Assembly (NCBI GenBank): GCA_963668675.2
Contig: CAXXMB010000002.1
Span: 1,088,001 to 1,152,000 of the forward strand
DNA: 64,000 nt
Direction of reading: 5' to 3'
Origin: an uncultured Desulfatitalea sp.
Lineage (GTDB): Bacteria; Desulfobacterota; Desulfobacteria; Desulfobacterales; Desulfosarcinaceae
How positions within the stretch are numbered: position 1 is the first letter of the stretch; each line of letters opens with the position of its first letter. The position numbers and the translations under genes were made by a program. A model generated the notes under the pieces. It saw nothing but the letters and a program-made list of their open reading frames with translations. It ran no database searches and was not told the DNA's origin. This document shows positions 11,035 through 19,975 of this stretch, piece after piece.

Positions 11035-12105
11035 TCAACCTTCTCTGACTTTTTCCGACAGCGCTTTGGTCAGCTCAAGCACCCGGTGGCTCAATTCGGG
11101 CGTCAGAGAACCGGTGCCGCAGCTGGGGGTAATGAACGACTGCCGACGCACCAGCTCCTTGTCGATGCCCTGGTCGGCCATTCGCTGCAAGCATTGCTGC
11201 CACAACGACCAGAGGGAATCGATGTTGGCCGCCGCAACCTGATCGGCCTGGGAGGTGGGCACCAATCCCCAGGCGAGACATCCGCCATTTTTCAAAAAAC
11301 GGTCGATCTTCTCCCGATATAGAATAAATTTGTCGAAGTAACCGTAGGCATCGAAATTGATGATATCCACATTCGAATCGAGCAGCAGGGACCAATCGGT
11401 ATTGGCGCACACATGGACACCGGCCAGTCCGCCATGCTGGTGGATCGCATCGATCACCTCCTGCAGGCAGCCGGTGATGTCTTCCCGTGAGATGCTGATC
11501 AGCTCGGACGATCCGTAACTGGCCAGAACCGGTTCATCGATAAAGACAATGGTCGGTACACCCGCCGTTGCGAGACGCTGCACCTGCCAGGCCGCTTTAA
11601 GCGCCAGCATCTTCACGGCCGCATCGCGCAGGCTGTCATTGTAGAAGACAGCGCGCCGATCCTGATCGGTCAGGGAGGTGCAGAAAGTGATCGGACCGGT
11701 GACTTGGCCCTTGACCGCAAACAGGCCATCGGGCTGTCCACCCAACAGTTCCATCAGGGTAAAGAATCCCTCGGCGATGTCGGCCCCAAGGGCAAAACGG
11801 CTCTCTTCCAAAAGACCACCGTCTCCTGCCACCGCAAGGTACTCCTCGAAAAAAGCGACCATCTCCTCATCAAATCCTTCAGCGGCCGTATCCACGTAGG
11901 TTCGCTCATCCCCCGTCACCAGCCCCGGCATTCCGGGGACAAACTGCTCCACCATGCCTTCGTTCTTGTAAACGGGCAGCTGCGCCCAATTGGGGATCTC
12001 AGGCACAAAACGCAACACCAGCCGGGCGGCTTCGCTATGGTCTTTCAGCGGTTGACTGCCGATCAGCATCGGCCGCCCCGCCGGTTCTATTCTATATTCC
12101 GTCAT
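11035..12105 (-). CDS. folate-independent core methionine synthase (MesB-like; MetE catalytic domain only)
   Basis: WAQLP, KGQVTGPITF, FIDEP, Zn ligands GVHVC...NFD...TPSCG; no N-terminal folate barrel; start moved to ATG 12105 after AGGAAAAGGA. Confidence 0.78.
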   Translation of the reverse strand: MTEYRIEPAGRPMLIGSQPLKDHSEAARLVLRFVPEIPNWAQLPVYKNEGMVEQFVPGMPGLVTGDERTYVDTAAEGFDEEMVAFFEEYLAVAGDGGLLEESRFALGADIAEGFFTLMELLGGQPDGLFAVKGQVTGPITFCTSLTDQDRRAVFYNDSLRDAAVKMLALKAAWQVQRLATAGVPTIVFIDEPVLASYGSSELISISREDITGCLQEVIDAIHQHGGLAGVHVCANTDWSLLLDSNVDIINFDAYGYFDKFILYREKIDRFLKNGGCLAWGLVPTSQADQVAAANIDSLWSLWQQCLQRMADQGIDKELVRRQSFITPSCGTGSLTPELSHRVLELTKALSEKVREG

Positions 12106-12332
12106 ATCCTTTTCCTGTCTTGAACGATCAACCAAAACTGATTTTTAACACGGATTGCATCCCCTGTGGCTCTTGCATCCAGGCCCGGACATTACCATAC
12201 GGCACCGGACCGCACAAGGTTTATGGCGCCGGGCCACTGCCAACCGCCACGCCACAGGATCTCTTTTCGCCCAAAAATGGCTTCAGTCACGACCCATCAA
12301 CCGCCAGCCTTCAGAATGCCCCTTGCCCTTGA

Positions 12333-12361
12333 TTGACACCCTCATGCGGGGGTGGTATATT
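12333..12361 (+). promoter_or_regulatory. sigma70-type promoter
   Basis: TTGACA-N17-TATATT with TGG immediately before the -10. Confidence 0.7.
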
Positions 12362-12404
12362 TCGAACCTCTGCTCCTAAAACAGGGTGGCCCCAAGGAGA
12401 GCCC

Positions 12405-12812
12405 ATGAGCAAGGTCATTTCGCTGGACCATAAGCTGAAACTCAATGCCGAAGAAAAAGCCGCCGTTTTTCGCAAACAGAAAATCATGGCTGTTCGCAAG
12501 GTGTTTCAGTGCAGCCACTGCCCGTCCAAATGCGAGCGCTGCGGCACGGCATTGGGAATGGATCCCAGGGAGCAGGGGGAGCATCCCAAAACGCCCTACC
12601 ACTTCTGTATCAGCTGCGCGGAGGAGTATATCGACTATGTTAAGCGGCTGCAGGGCAAGGGAGACCCGGAGGCATACTGGCACAATCACGACTGGCTCAA
12701 AGCCTGGCATGCATGGATCGAATACCAAGGCGCCGTTGACAGATACATGCACTCCAAGGAGTTTCGAAAACTATTGGACGAACTGGGGCCCGACGGGCTC
12801 AAATGCGATTAG
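12405..12812 (+). CDS. hypothetical Cys-rich (probable Zn-binding) protein
   Basis: AAGGAG RBS then ATG 12405; CSHCPSKCERC and CISC motifs. Confidence 0.75.
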   Translation: MSKVISLDHKLKLNAEEKAAVFRKQKIMAVRKVFQCSHCPSKCERCGTALGMDPREQGEHPKTPYHFCISCAEEYIDYVKRLQGKGDPEAYWHNHDWLKAWHAWIEYQGAVDRYMHSKEFRKLLDELGPDGLKCD

Positions 12813-12872
12813 CGGCACCCTGCAGGCCCGCCAGATGGACGGCCAGGCAGCGATGCGAACAAGGAGAGATAT

Positions 12873-13055
12873 ATGTTTGGTATCGGAATTCCCGAATTGA
12901 TAATCATTCTGGTGATCATCCTGATCATTTTCGGTGCCGGCAAGCTACCGGAAATTGGTGGCGGCATGGGGAAAGCCATCCGCAATTTCCGTGATGCCAC
13001 CCACGATAAGGATGCTAAAAAACAGGATAAAATAGAAGACGACAAAACCACCTGA
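12873..13055 (+). CDS. tatA: twin-arginine translocase TatA/TatE subunit
   Basis: [29 protein letters not shown]...[17 protein letters not shown]. Confidence 0.95.
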   Translation: MFGIGIPELIIILVIILIIFGAGKLPEIGGGMGKAIRNFRDATHDKDAKKQDKIEDDKTT

Positions 13056-13415
13056 ACGGCATCAGCTGATTCCCTATCGATACCCCGGATACCCTGGACA
13101 GCTCCCTTGTGCACATCAGGGCGCTGAATCCACGGGACGGGACGGTTGGTTGCTGAAACACCAAATTTGCTCACCAAAGCCACTTCCGAAGGTACGCCAC
13201 AATCCAATATCACCACCGCAGTCTGCCATTAACTGACATCCAGTCCCAAAGCAAGCAGGACCTAACGGCACTTTGACTGCGGGCAAATCGATCTTATTAC
13301 ATCCTAATATGAATGATCATCGCCGAATGGGATGAAACAGGTCGTTTCGCCCCTAGCGCATCCGTAAAGCATAGGGTCGGAAAACGACCCAAGCTATCGA
13401 TATAGTGAGGACACC

Positions 13416-14084
13416 ATGCGTATCACACTCATATCATTGATTCTGTTACTGTCAGCCACTCTCGCGCAGGCATCGGATATCGAAGGGAGCATCATCGTTA
13501 TGGACCGCTCGGGTCAATCCCCTTTGAAGAGCAATGCCTATGCCGTCGTTTACCTGGAGGGGTTCTCCACTGAACCGACCGGCACAGCGATGATGGACCA
13601 ACAGGGCAAGCGATTTATCCCGCGCCTGCTGGCGGTCGTCAGTGGCCAACCGATCCGGTTCTCCAACTCGGACATTTATCAGCACAGCGTTTTTTCGCCC
13701 CATGCTGAAGAACCGTTCGATTTGTCGCGTTACCGCCGGGGAGAATCCCGAATCGTCGTGCTCAGGGAGATCGGCCCGCACACCATCTATTGCAACATCC
13801 ATCAAGACATGATCGCTGACGTTTTTGTAGTTCCAAACCGCTACTTTTCACTCACCGATGATGCAGGCAACTTCCGCATCACCGACGTGCCTGAGGGTGA
13901 CCACCGCGTGCGGGTTTGGCACATCCTGGGCGGTAGCGCCGCCCGTTCGGTGACAGTCGGCAACGAGAACCTGTCCATCACACTTCGGCTGAGGAGCCGA
14001 AAAATGGTGGTGGAGAAGCCCGAAGCTCCGCAACTCAGCCCACAAGATACCCCCTACGACTACGACAAGGAAAGCGACTATTAA
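13416..14084 (+). CDS. secreted cupredoxin-like / carboxypeptidase-regulatory-like domain protein
   Basis: Signal peptide; MDQQGKRFIP, NSD..HSVFS, YCNIHQDM; C-terminal beta-sandwich (GNFRITDVPEGDHRVRVWH). Confidence 0.8.
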   Translation: MRITLISLILLLSATLAQASDIEGSIIVMDRSGQSPLKSNAYAVVYLEGFSTEPTGTAMMDQQGKRFIPRLLAVVSGQPIRFSNSDIYQHSVFSPHAEEPFDLSRYRRGESRIVVLREIGPHTIYCNIHQDMIADVFVVPNRYFSLTDDAGNFRITDVPEGDHRVRVWHILGGSAARSVTVGNENLSITLRLRSRKMVVEKPEAPQLSPQDTPYDYDKESDY

Positions 14085-15837
14085 AACGACGACCCTGCAT
14101 TTTCCGTTCAAGTATAAGCTGGCGGCCGCCATTGCAGCCATCGTGCTGGGGGTGCTGGCAGGCACCTTTTTTGTCCTGCAGCGTCAGATCGAGTCCAACG
14201 CCGTCACCGGCATCAAATCGGATCTGCAGGCAACCCGCCGGATGGTGGCCGATCTGATCGAAGAGCGCGGGATACGCCTCAACGAGCTGGGGAAAGCGGT
14301 AGTGGGCAGTGAGTTGATGCGCACCATCCTCACCGACACCACACTGGACCGGTTGACCAGCGACGATATCGTGCTCAACGAAATCATGCCGAGCTACCCT
14401 CAGCTCTCTCTACTCAGTGCGGTGGACAACCGGGGGACCGTCCGCGCCAGCAACCCCCTCGGGCCGGATATCATTTCGGTGCTCAAGCTGAACGAACGTC
14501 TGAAAAGCGAGCTCAACGGTTGGACCGCCCACGGTTTCTTCCGCTTGGGTCGAAGCTACCACCAGATCATTGCGCAACCGCTGATGATCGGACCGCCTGA
14601 ACGGCGTGAGATGCTCGGCGCCGTCATTTTGGGCATCGCCTGGACCGCAAAGGATCTGGCCAAACTGCGCAACCTGAGTGGGGCCGACCTCGCCCTGCTG
14701 GCCGATGACGGCATTGTGTCGTCCGCTGGGGAGGCGTTTGGGTCAACGGCGGCAAAGGGCCAACCCGACTTCCTGCCGACGGAGAAATTGGCCCGAATTC
14801 CCGTTGCGGCGCCGGAGATGCACACCGTGGCCGGAGAGCGCTATCTGTTCCTGAGAATCGAAAGCAGGGCCGAGAGCGGGATGCCGACCTTTATCGTCGC
14901 CAAATCCCTGGATGCCCAACTGGACTTCGTCAACGATATCCGCCAAGTGATGCTTGAATTTGCCGGAATTGGCGTCGTGGTAAGTGTTGTGGTCAGCTTC
15001 CTGATGGCCATGGGGATCGCCAGGCCCATCCAGACCTTGACGGCCGCCGCCCGCAATGTGGCCAACGACAACTTCGGAATTCGCGTCGTGGTGCGGAGCA
15101 AAGATGAATTTGCCCAACTCGGGGATGCCTTCAATCAGATGATCGAAGGCCTGCGGGAGAGGGACCTGATCCGTTCCACCTTTGGGCGCTATGTGGACCG
15201 TGACGTGGCCCAGCGGCTGCTCGAACGCCCGGAATCATTGCGACTGGGCGGTGAAAAAAGGGATGTGGTGGTTTTCATGGCCGACATCCGTGGCTTTTCA
15301 AGCCTCTCGGAGCAGCTCAGTCCAGAGCAGACGGTCCGGCTGCTCAACCGCTACTTTGCCCACATCATCCGCATCATCCAAACGAGGGGTGGTGTGGTGG
15401 TCGATTTTGTGGGCGACGGCATCCTGGTCCTCTTCGACCCTCTGGAGAGCGACCTGGATACAATGGCCTCAGCGGCGGTGAGTTGCGCATTTGAGATGCA
15501 GGGGCGGCTGGCCCAAGTGAATGCGGAGATGGCCGCGGACGGGTTGCCCAGCATTGCCATCGGTATCGGCCTGAACGCCGGTCCGGCCATTGTCGGCAAT
15601 ATCGGTTCCAAAGACCGCGCCAAATTCGGCATCGTGGGTGCCGAGGTCAACCTGACCCAGCGCATCCAGGGAGAAGCGAAGCCGGGTGAGGTGGTGCTTT
15701 CAGCAACAATCTACGAAAGAATTCGGACCACAGTGCGCGTCGACAAGAAGTTCCGTTGCGAGCTGAAAGGATTCCAACAGCCACGAACCCTCTATGCGGT
15801 TGTACCGGCTGAAGGCAATGCGGCCATACCAACCTGA
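14080..15837 (+). CDS. membrane class III adenylate/guanylate cyclase (sensor-HAMP-cyclase); start uncertain (ATT 14080, CTG 14095 or GTG 14143)
   Basis: HAMP (DEFAQLGDAFNQM), FMADIRGFS, VDFVGDG, GIGLNAG, GAEVNLTQR. Confidence 0.88.
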   Translation: MKTTTLHFPFKYKLAAAIAAIVLGVLAGTFFVLQRQIESNAVTGIKSDLQATRRMVADLIEERGIRLNELGKAVVGSELMRTILTDTTLDRLTSDDIVLNEIMPSYPQLSLLSAVDNRGTVRASNPLGPDIISVLKLNERLKSELNGWTAHGFFRLGRSYHQIIAQPLMIGPPERREMLGAVILGIAWTAKDLAKLRNLSGADLALLADDGIVSSAGEAFGSTAAKGQPDFLPTEKLARIPVAAPEMHTVAGERYLFLRIESRAESGMPTFIVAKSLDAQLDFVNDIRQVMLEFAGIGVVVSVVVSFLMAMGIARPIQTLTAAARNVANDNFGIRVVVRSKDEFAQLGDAFNQMIEGLRERDLIRSTFGRYVDRDVAQRLLERPESLRLGGEKRDVVVFMADIRGFSSLSEQLSPEQTVRLLNRYFAHIIRIIQTRGGVVVDFVGDGILVLFDPLESDLDTMASAAVSCAFEMQGRLAQVNAEMAADGLPSIAIGIGLNAGPAIVGNIGSKDRAKFGIVGAEVNLTQRIQGEAKPGEVVLSATIYERIRTTVRVDKKFRCELKGFQQPRTLYAVVPAEGNAAIPT

Positions 15838-15842
15838 AAGGC

Positions 15843-16745
15843 TCAAGAGAGAAACAGAGCCAGCAGGTCCGACTGGTGCGCCTTCTGCACTGCCATATCC
15901 GCCTTAAGCAGCCCCAACACCCCGGCATTCCAGTTCGCCCCGGCCCCGAGTCCGGCGGCCACTTCCGGGCGAAGCAGCGCCTCTTGAACCTCCTGGGCAT
16001 GATCTGCCTCTCCGGCATCTGTCAGATCCGACCAGTGGACCAGCAGATCGACGGTATGGACCACCCAGGCATAGAGGGCGTGATCCCTGGCGCTCTCGGG
16101 GTGATGGTGATGTCCGACGCCGTGGACGACGGAATCGGGCAGCATCCAGCGCGACAGCAGCCTTAGGGCGACCTCGGCATGCGTCATTCCGAACAGACGC
16201 TTCTCCGACACGTATATCCTGTACCCGGCCGGTGCGGCCGACCTGACCATATCGGCATAAGCTTCGGGCAGCGCCATGTAGATCATCAGCTTTCCGATGT
16301 CGTGGACCAGGCAGGGCAAGTAGTAATCCTGCTTGCGCCCACTGGTCCGGCGGCCGACCAGTTTGGCGGCCAGGGCGCAACTGAAGGCGTGCTCCCAAAA
16401 TGACCTCAGGTCCATGGTCCCGTTCTTCTCCAGCTGTTTGAAGCTGTTGAAGATGGCCTGCGTAATGACCATGTTGCGTATCTCCACATACCCCAGAATC
16501 GAGAGGGCGTGCTGCAGGGAGTCGACCCGTTTAGGTAATCCATAGAAGACCGAATTGGCTATTTTAAGCACATTGATGCTGATGGCCTGGTCGGCCTGGA
16601 TCACATTGAAGAGCGCTTCGGTGGAACTCTCCGCATCGGCCGTGATCTCCATCACACGGTTCACCACCGCGGGGAGCGTCGGAAAACCGTCGATAAGATC
16701 GTTCAAGTGGGTCTCTATCAGCGGATGCATGTTTCTCTGTGCCAT
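15843..16745 (-). CDS. HDOD domain protein
   Basis: FPTLPAVV, LKIANSVFYG, FWEHA, VHDIGK, E..FGMTHAEV, HHHP. Confidence 0.92.
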   Translation of the reverse strand: MAQRNMHPLIETHLNDLIDGFPTLPAVVNRVMEITADAESSTEALFNVIQADQAISINVLKIANSVFYGLPKRVDSLQHALSILGYVEIRNMVITQAIFNSFKQLEKNGTMDLRSFWEHAFSCALAAKLVGRRTSGRKQDYYLPCLVHDIGKLMIYMALPEAYADMVRSAAPAGYRIYVSEKRLFGMTHAEVALRLLSRWMLPDSVVHGVGHHHHPESARDHALYAWVVHTVDLLVHWSDLTDAGEADHAQEVQEALLRPEVAAGLGAGANWNAGVLGLLKADMAVQKAHQSDLLALFLS

Positions 16746-16769
16746 AATCGGGTAAATAAGGCTACCGGT

Positions 16770-19520
16770 TTATGAAGATACCGGCTTTTCTCTCTGCTGG
16801 ACACGATGTACCAGATCGTCATCGCGCAGGGCAGTTGCCGGGTTCTCCTCCAAAGCGTCCAGAAAGATGTCGATCAGATGGGGGTCGAATTGGGTACCGG
16901 CATTGGCAATCAACTCGTCAACAATCTGCCGGCCAGTCAAAGGTGGCCGATAAGGCCTCTCCGACATCATGGCGGTGACGGCATCGGCAATGGCGAAGAT
17001 GCGCGCGCCCAGAGGGATCTGCTCTCCTTTCAAACCGGTCGGATAGCCACTCCCATCATAGCGTTCCTGGTGGTAAAGCAAGATCTCCCGCTCATTCCGG
17101 AAGAACTCGAACAGGCGCGTCAACTCCGCCAGCATGGTGGCGTGATTCTCAATAAAGGCCCGGTCTTCGCGGTTCAGCGGCCCCGTCTTGCCAAGCACCG
17201 AATCGGGCAGCAGAACCTTGAGATGATCGTGCATCATGGCCGCCCGCTTGATCGTCTCCACCACCGCTCCGGGAAGCCTCATCTTCTGCCCCATCATTTC
17301 GATCTGGGCGGTTGACTGGCGATTGTGTGCTTTAAATTTGCCGGCCCCCAGTTGATCGAACAGCAAAGTGAGAGAATTCAATGAGGCCTTTTTGGTCTTC
17401 TCCAGAATCGTGGCCATCCGCTCTCGGAAGTAAGCCATGTCTACCTCCGACTGCGCTTCTTGGAGATGCTCCTTCGACTTCTCCAAATAGGCCTTGATAC
17501 GGTTGCGCCCCTCCGCCTTTGCGCGATAGAGCGCTTTGTCAGCAAAGGCCAACATGCTCCTCACGTCTTGGGGCCGGTGCTCCTTGAACGAGACGCTGCC
17601 GATACTGATCGTCGCATTGGTAGCTGTTTCACCGTCGCGAAAAGTGTACGCCTCGACGGCGCTGCGCAGTTTCTCACCTGTGTTGCAAGCGCCTTCGATA
17701 TCCGTATTGGGCAGCAGGACCAAAAACTCTTCGCCACCGTAGCGAAAGCAGAAATCGCTTTCACGCACGTTCTCCGCCAGGTGCTGGGCAAAACGTTTGA
17801 GCACGAAATCACCGAAGATGTGCCCGTATGAATCATTGATCTGCTTGAAGAAATCCATATCGATGAGCAAGCAGGAAAGGTCGTTACCGTAGCGCTGGGC
17901 GCGGGAGAACTCCCGCTCAAGCAGCTCGTTCATGTAGCGTCGATTGAAGAGTCCGGTGAGATCATCGCGCACCGACATGTCAGCCATCTTCTCCATGGCC
18001 TGGTTTACTTCCCCTTTGAGGCGGTGTTTTTCCAGCGTGTGGGCGATGACACGTAGTAAATTGGGACGATCCAGGTGGGATTTGGGCAGGTAGTCGTAAG
18101 CCCCGGCCTGGATAGCCTGGGCGGCGATCATCTCGTCGCCGTGGCCGGTGCTGAAAATGACGGGAGTGTCGATCTGGAGCTTCTCCAGGTCGGCCAGAAA
18201 CTCCAGTCCGTTGCCTGAGGGCAGCAGGTAGTCCAGGATGACGATATGAAACGGCGTGTCGACGATCTTCTCCAGCGCCTCTGAAAAACTGAATGCCCGC
18301 GTGATGTGGACACCCTGTTCGTCGACCAAGGCAGCGACAATGCGCTCAAAATCGGCGTCACTATCTTCGATGACCAGCAGGTTGACCTCACGCTCCAGGG
18401 TGACGATCCCCCGACCGGCCTTGGCCGGTTGGGCCTGATCCGGACGGATGCTCTGGATCTTTTTGACGATTTCGGCGATACGATGGCCGGCCTCTTTGAT
18501 TTTGTCCAGATGGGAAGCCACCATGACCGGATCGTCACGGTCAAATGCGAACAGGTCGATATAGCCCATCAGCGCAACGAGGGGCTGATTTAGCTCGTGG
18601 GCCGTGGCGCCGGCCATCTGCAGCAGGACTTTGAGACGCTCCTCTTCAATGACCGCCTGCTGCTGATCGACAATCTTGCGGTTGGCCGTCTCCAGCTTGC
18701 TGACATTGGCCTGCAACTCTTCGGTGGCCTTTCGCAGGGCCGCCTCCATCTGCTTGCGTTCGGTGATGTCCACCAGGACGCCGACAACGCCTTTGACCTC
18801 TCCCACCGCATCCACGAAACACGCCTTGGAGACAATTACATCGCGCAGCTCATTGTCACAGTTGTAGAGCGCCGCCTCCAGGCCCTGCTTCTCTTTGGAA
18901 AACAACACGGCGTTTTCCGACTCGATCATCTCACGGGTGGGCGGTGGCCGAAGGACCTCCCGGGCCCGTTTGCCGACAATCTCCTCCTTGGTTTTACCCA
19001 GAAAGGCCTCGAAGGCCTTGTTGCAGCCAAGGTAGCGCCCCTCTCTGTCCCGGTAGAAGATCGGGTTGGGGATGGTCTCCAGCAGAGTGTTCAACAGAAC
19101 GTTCTGTTCGGTCAACGCCCGGCGGGCATCCCTGGTTGCCACTGCATGCCGGATGGCACGCCCAAGCAGCTCTGCCGTTAGATCACCCTTGATCAAATAG
19201 TCGGCAGCGCCGCTCTTCATGGCTTGAACGGCAATGGTCTCATCGCCTTGTCCAGTCAAAAAGATGATCGGTGTGGAGAGAACAGAGTCGTGGTCATCCA
19301 ACGCTTCTAAAAACGATAGGCCATCCATGTCCGGCAGATTGAAATCGAGAAGAACACAATCGATCGTATCAGATCGGAGGATTGCCAAGCCCTGGTCAGC
19401 ATCTTCAGCCTCCTTGATGGCATACCCCTCCTTGCTCACCGTCGCAAGCATCCGCCGATAGCTGTAACGATCCTCAGGATTGTCGTCCACGATAAGGATG
19501 GTCACGGGATCCATACTCAT
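16770..19520 (-). CDS. multidomain diguanylate cyclase/phosphodiesterase REC-PAS-HisKA-REC-GGDEF-HD-GYP
   Basis: Two receiver domains with phospho-acceptor Asp, PAS, AHELNQPL H-box, RESD I-site plus RYGGEEF, HD...HQERYDGSGYP. Confidence 0.92.
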   Translation of the reverse strand: MSMDPVTILIVDDNPEDRYSYRRMLATVSKEGYAIKEAEDADQGLAILRSDTIDCVLLDFNLPDMDGLSFLEALDDHDSVLSTPIIFLTGQGDETIAVQAMKSGAADYLIKGDLTAELLGRAIRHAVATRDARRALTEQNVLLNTLLETIPNPIFYRDREGRYLGCNKAFEAFLGKTKEEIVGKRAREVLRPPPTREMIESENAVLFSKEKQGLEAALYNCDNELRDVIVSKACFVDAVGEVKGVVGVLVDITERKQMEAALRKATEELQANVSKLETANRKIVDQQQAVIEEERLKVLLQMAGATAHELNQPLVALMGYIDLFAFDRDDPVMVASHLDKIKEAGHRIAEIVKKIQSIRPDQAQPAKAGRGIVTLEREVNLLVIEDSDADFERIVAALVDEQGVHITRAFSFSEALEKIVDTPFHIVILDYLLPSGNGLEFLADLEKLQIDTPVIFSTGHGDEMIAAQAIQAGAYDYLPKSHLDRPNLLRVIAHTLEKHRLKGEVNQAMEKMADMSVRDDLTGLFNRRYMNELLEREFSRAQRYGNDLSCLLIDMDFFKQINDSYGHIFGDFVLKRFAQHLAENVRESDFCFRYGGEEFLVLLPNTDIEGACNTGEKLRSAVEAYTFRDGETATNATISIGSVSFKEHRPQDVRSMLAFADKALYRAKAEGRNRIKAYLEKSKEHLQEAQSEVDMAYFRERMATILEKTKKASLNSLTLLFDQLGAGKFKAHNRQSTAQIEMMGQKMRLPGAVVETIKRAAMMHDHLKVLLPDSVLGKTGPLNREDRAFIENHATMLAELTRLFEFFRNEREILLYHQERYDGSGYPTGLKGEQIPLGARIFAIADAVTAMMSERPYRPPLTGRQIVDELIANAGTQFDPHLIDIFLDALEENPATALRDDDLVHRVQQREKPVSS

Positions 19521-19975
19521 ACCCCTTGCGCCTCCTTGGGCAGCTCAACGGTTTCGAACCAATAGGCGGACAAGTTCTGAATCGCTGCAACCAACTGCCC
19601 CGGCTTTATGGGTTTGCAGATGTAACCGGCGGCACCCAGCGCATAGGCCTGTTCAATATCTTTCCGGGACCTGGATGTGGTCAGCACAATGGCCGGGATG
19701 ATCCGCAGCTTGGGACTCTTTTTAATCGCCGCCAGCACCTCAGCGCTGCCCATGCCCGGCAGATTCAAATCGATCAGTATAACGGCCGGCCGGGGAAATG
19801 GCCGTTTGTCCTTATAGACTCCCCGGTGAAAGAGATAGTCCAGGGTCTGATCGCCATCTTCACATCGAAAGAGAGGGTTTCTCATCCCCACCGCTTTGAA
19901 GGCCCTCAAGAGGATCTGGTAGTCTTCGGGACTGTCTTCCACAATCAGGATCGGTGCGTGTTGCCCCTTGGTCAT
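19517..19975 (-). CDS. single-domain response regulator (Rcp1-like)
   Basis: IVEDS, LIDLNLP, VLTTS, YICKP. Confidence 0.92.
   Translation of the reverse strand: MTKGQHAPILIVEDSPEDYQILLRAFKAVGMRNPLFRCEDGDQTLDYLFHRGVYKDKRPFPRPAVILIDLNLPGMGSAEVLAAIKKSPKLRIIPAIVLTTSRSRKDIEQAYALGAAGYICKPIKPGQLVAAIQNLSAYWFETVELPKEAQGV

Noticed and set aside
12160..12260. 6S RNA, SRP RNA or SAM riboswitch
   Set aside because: A hairpin is present but the diagnostic conserved motifs of these RNAs were not found
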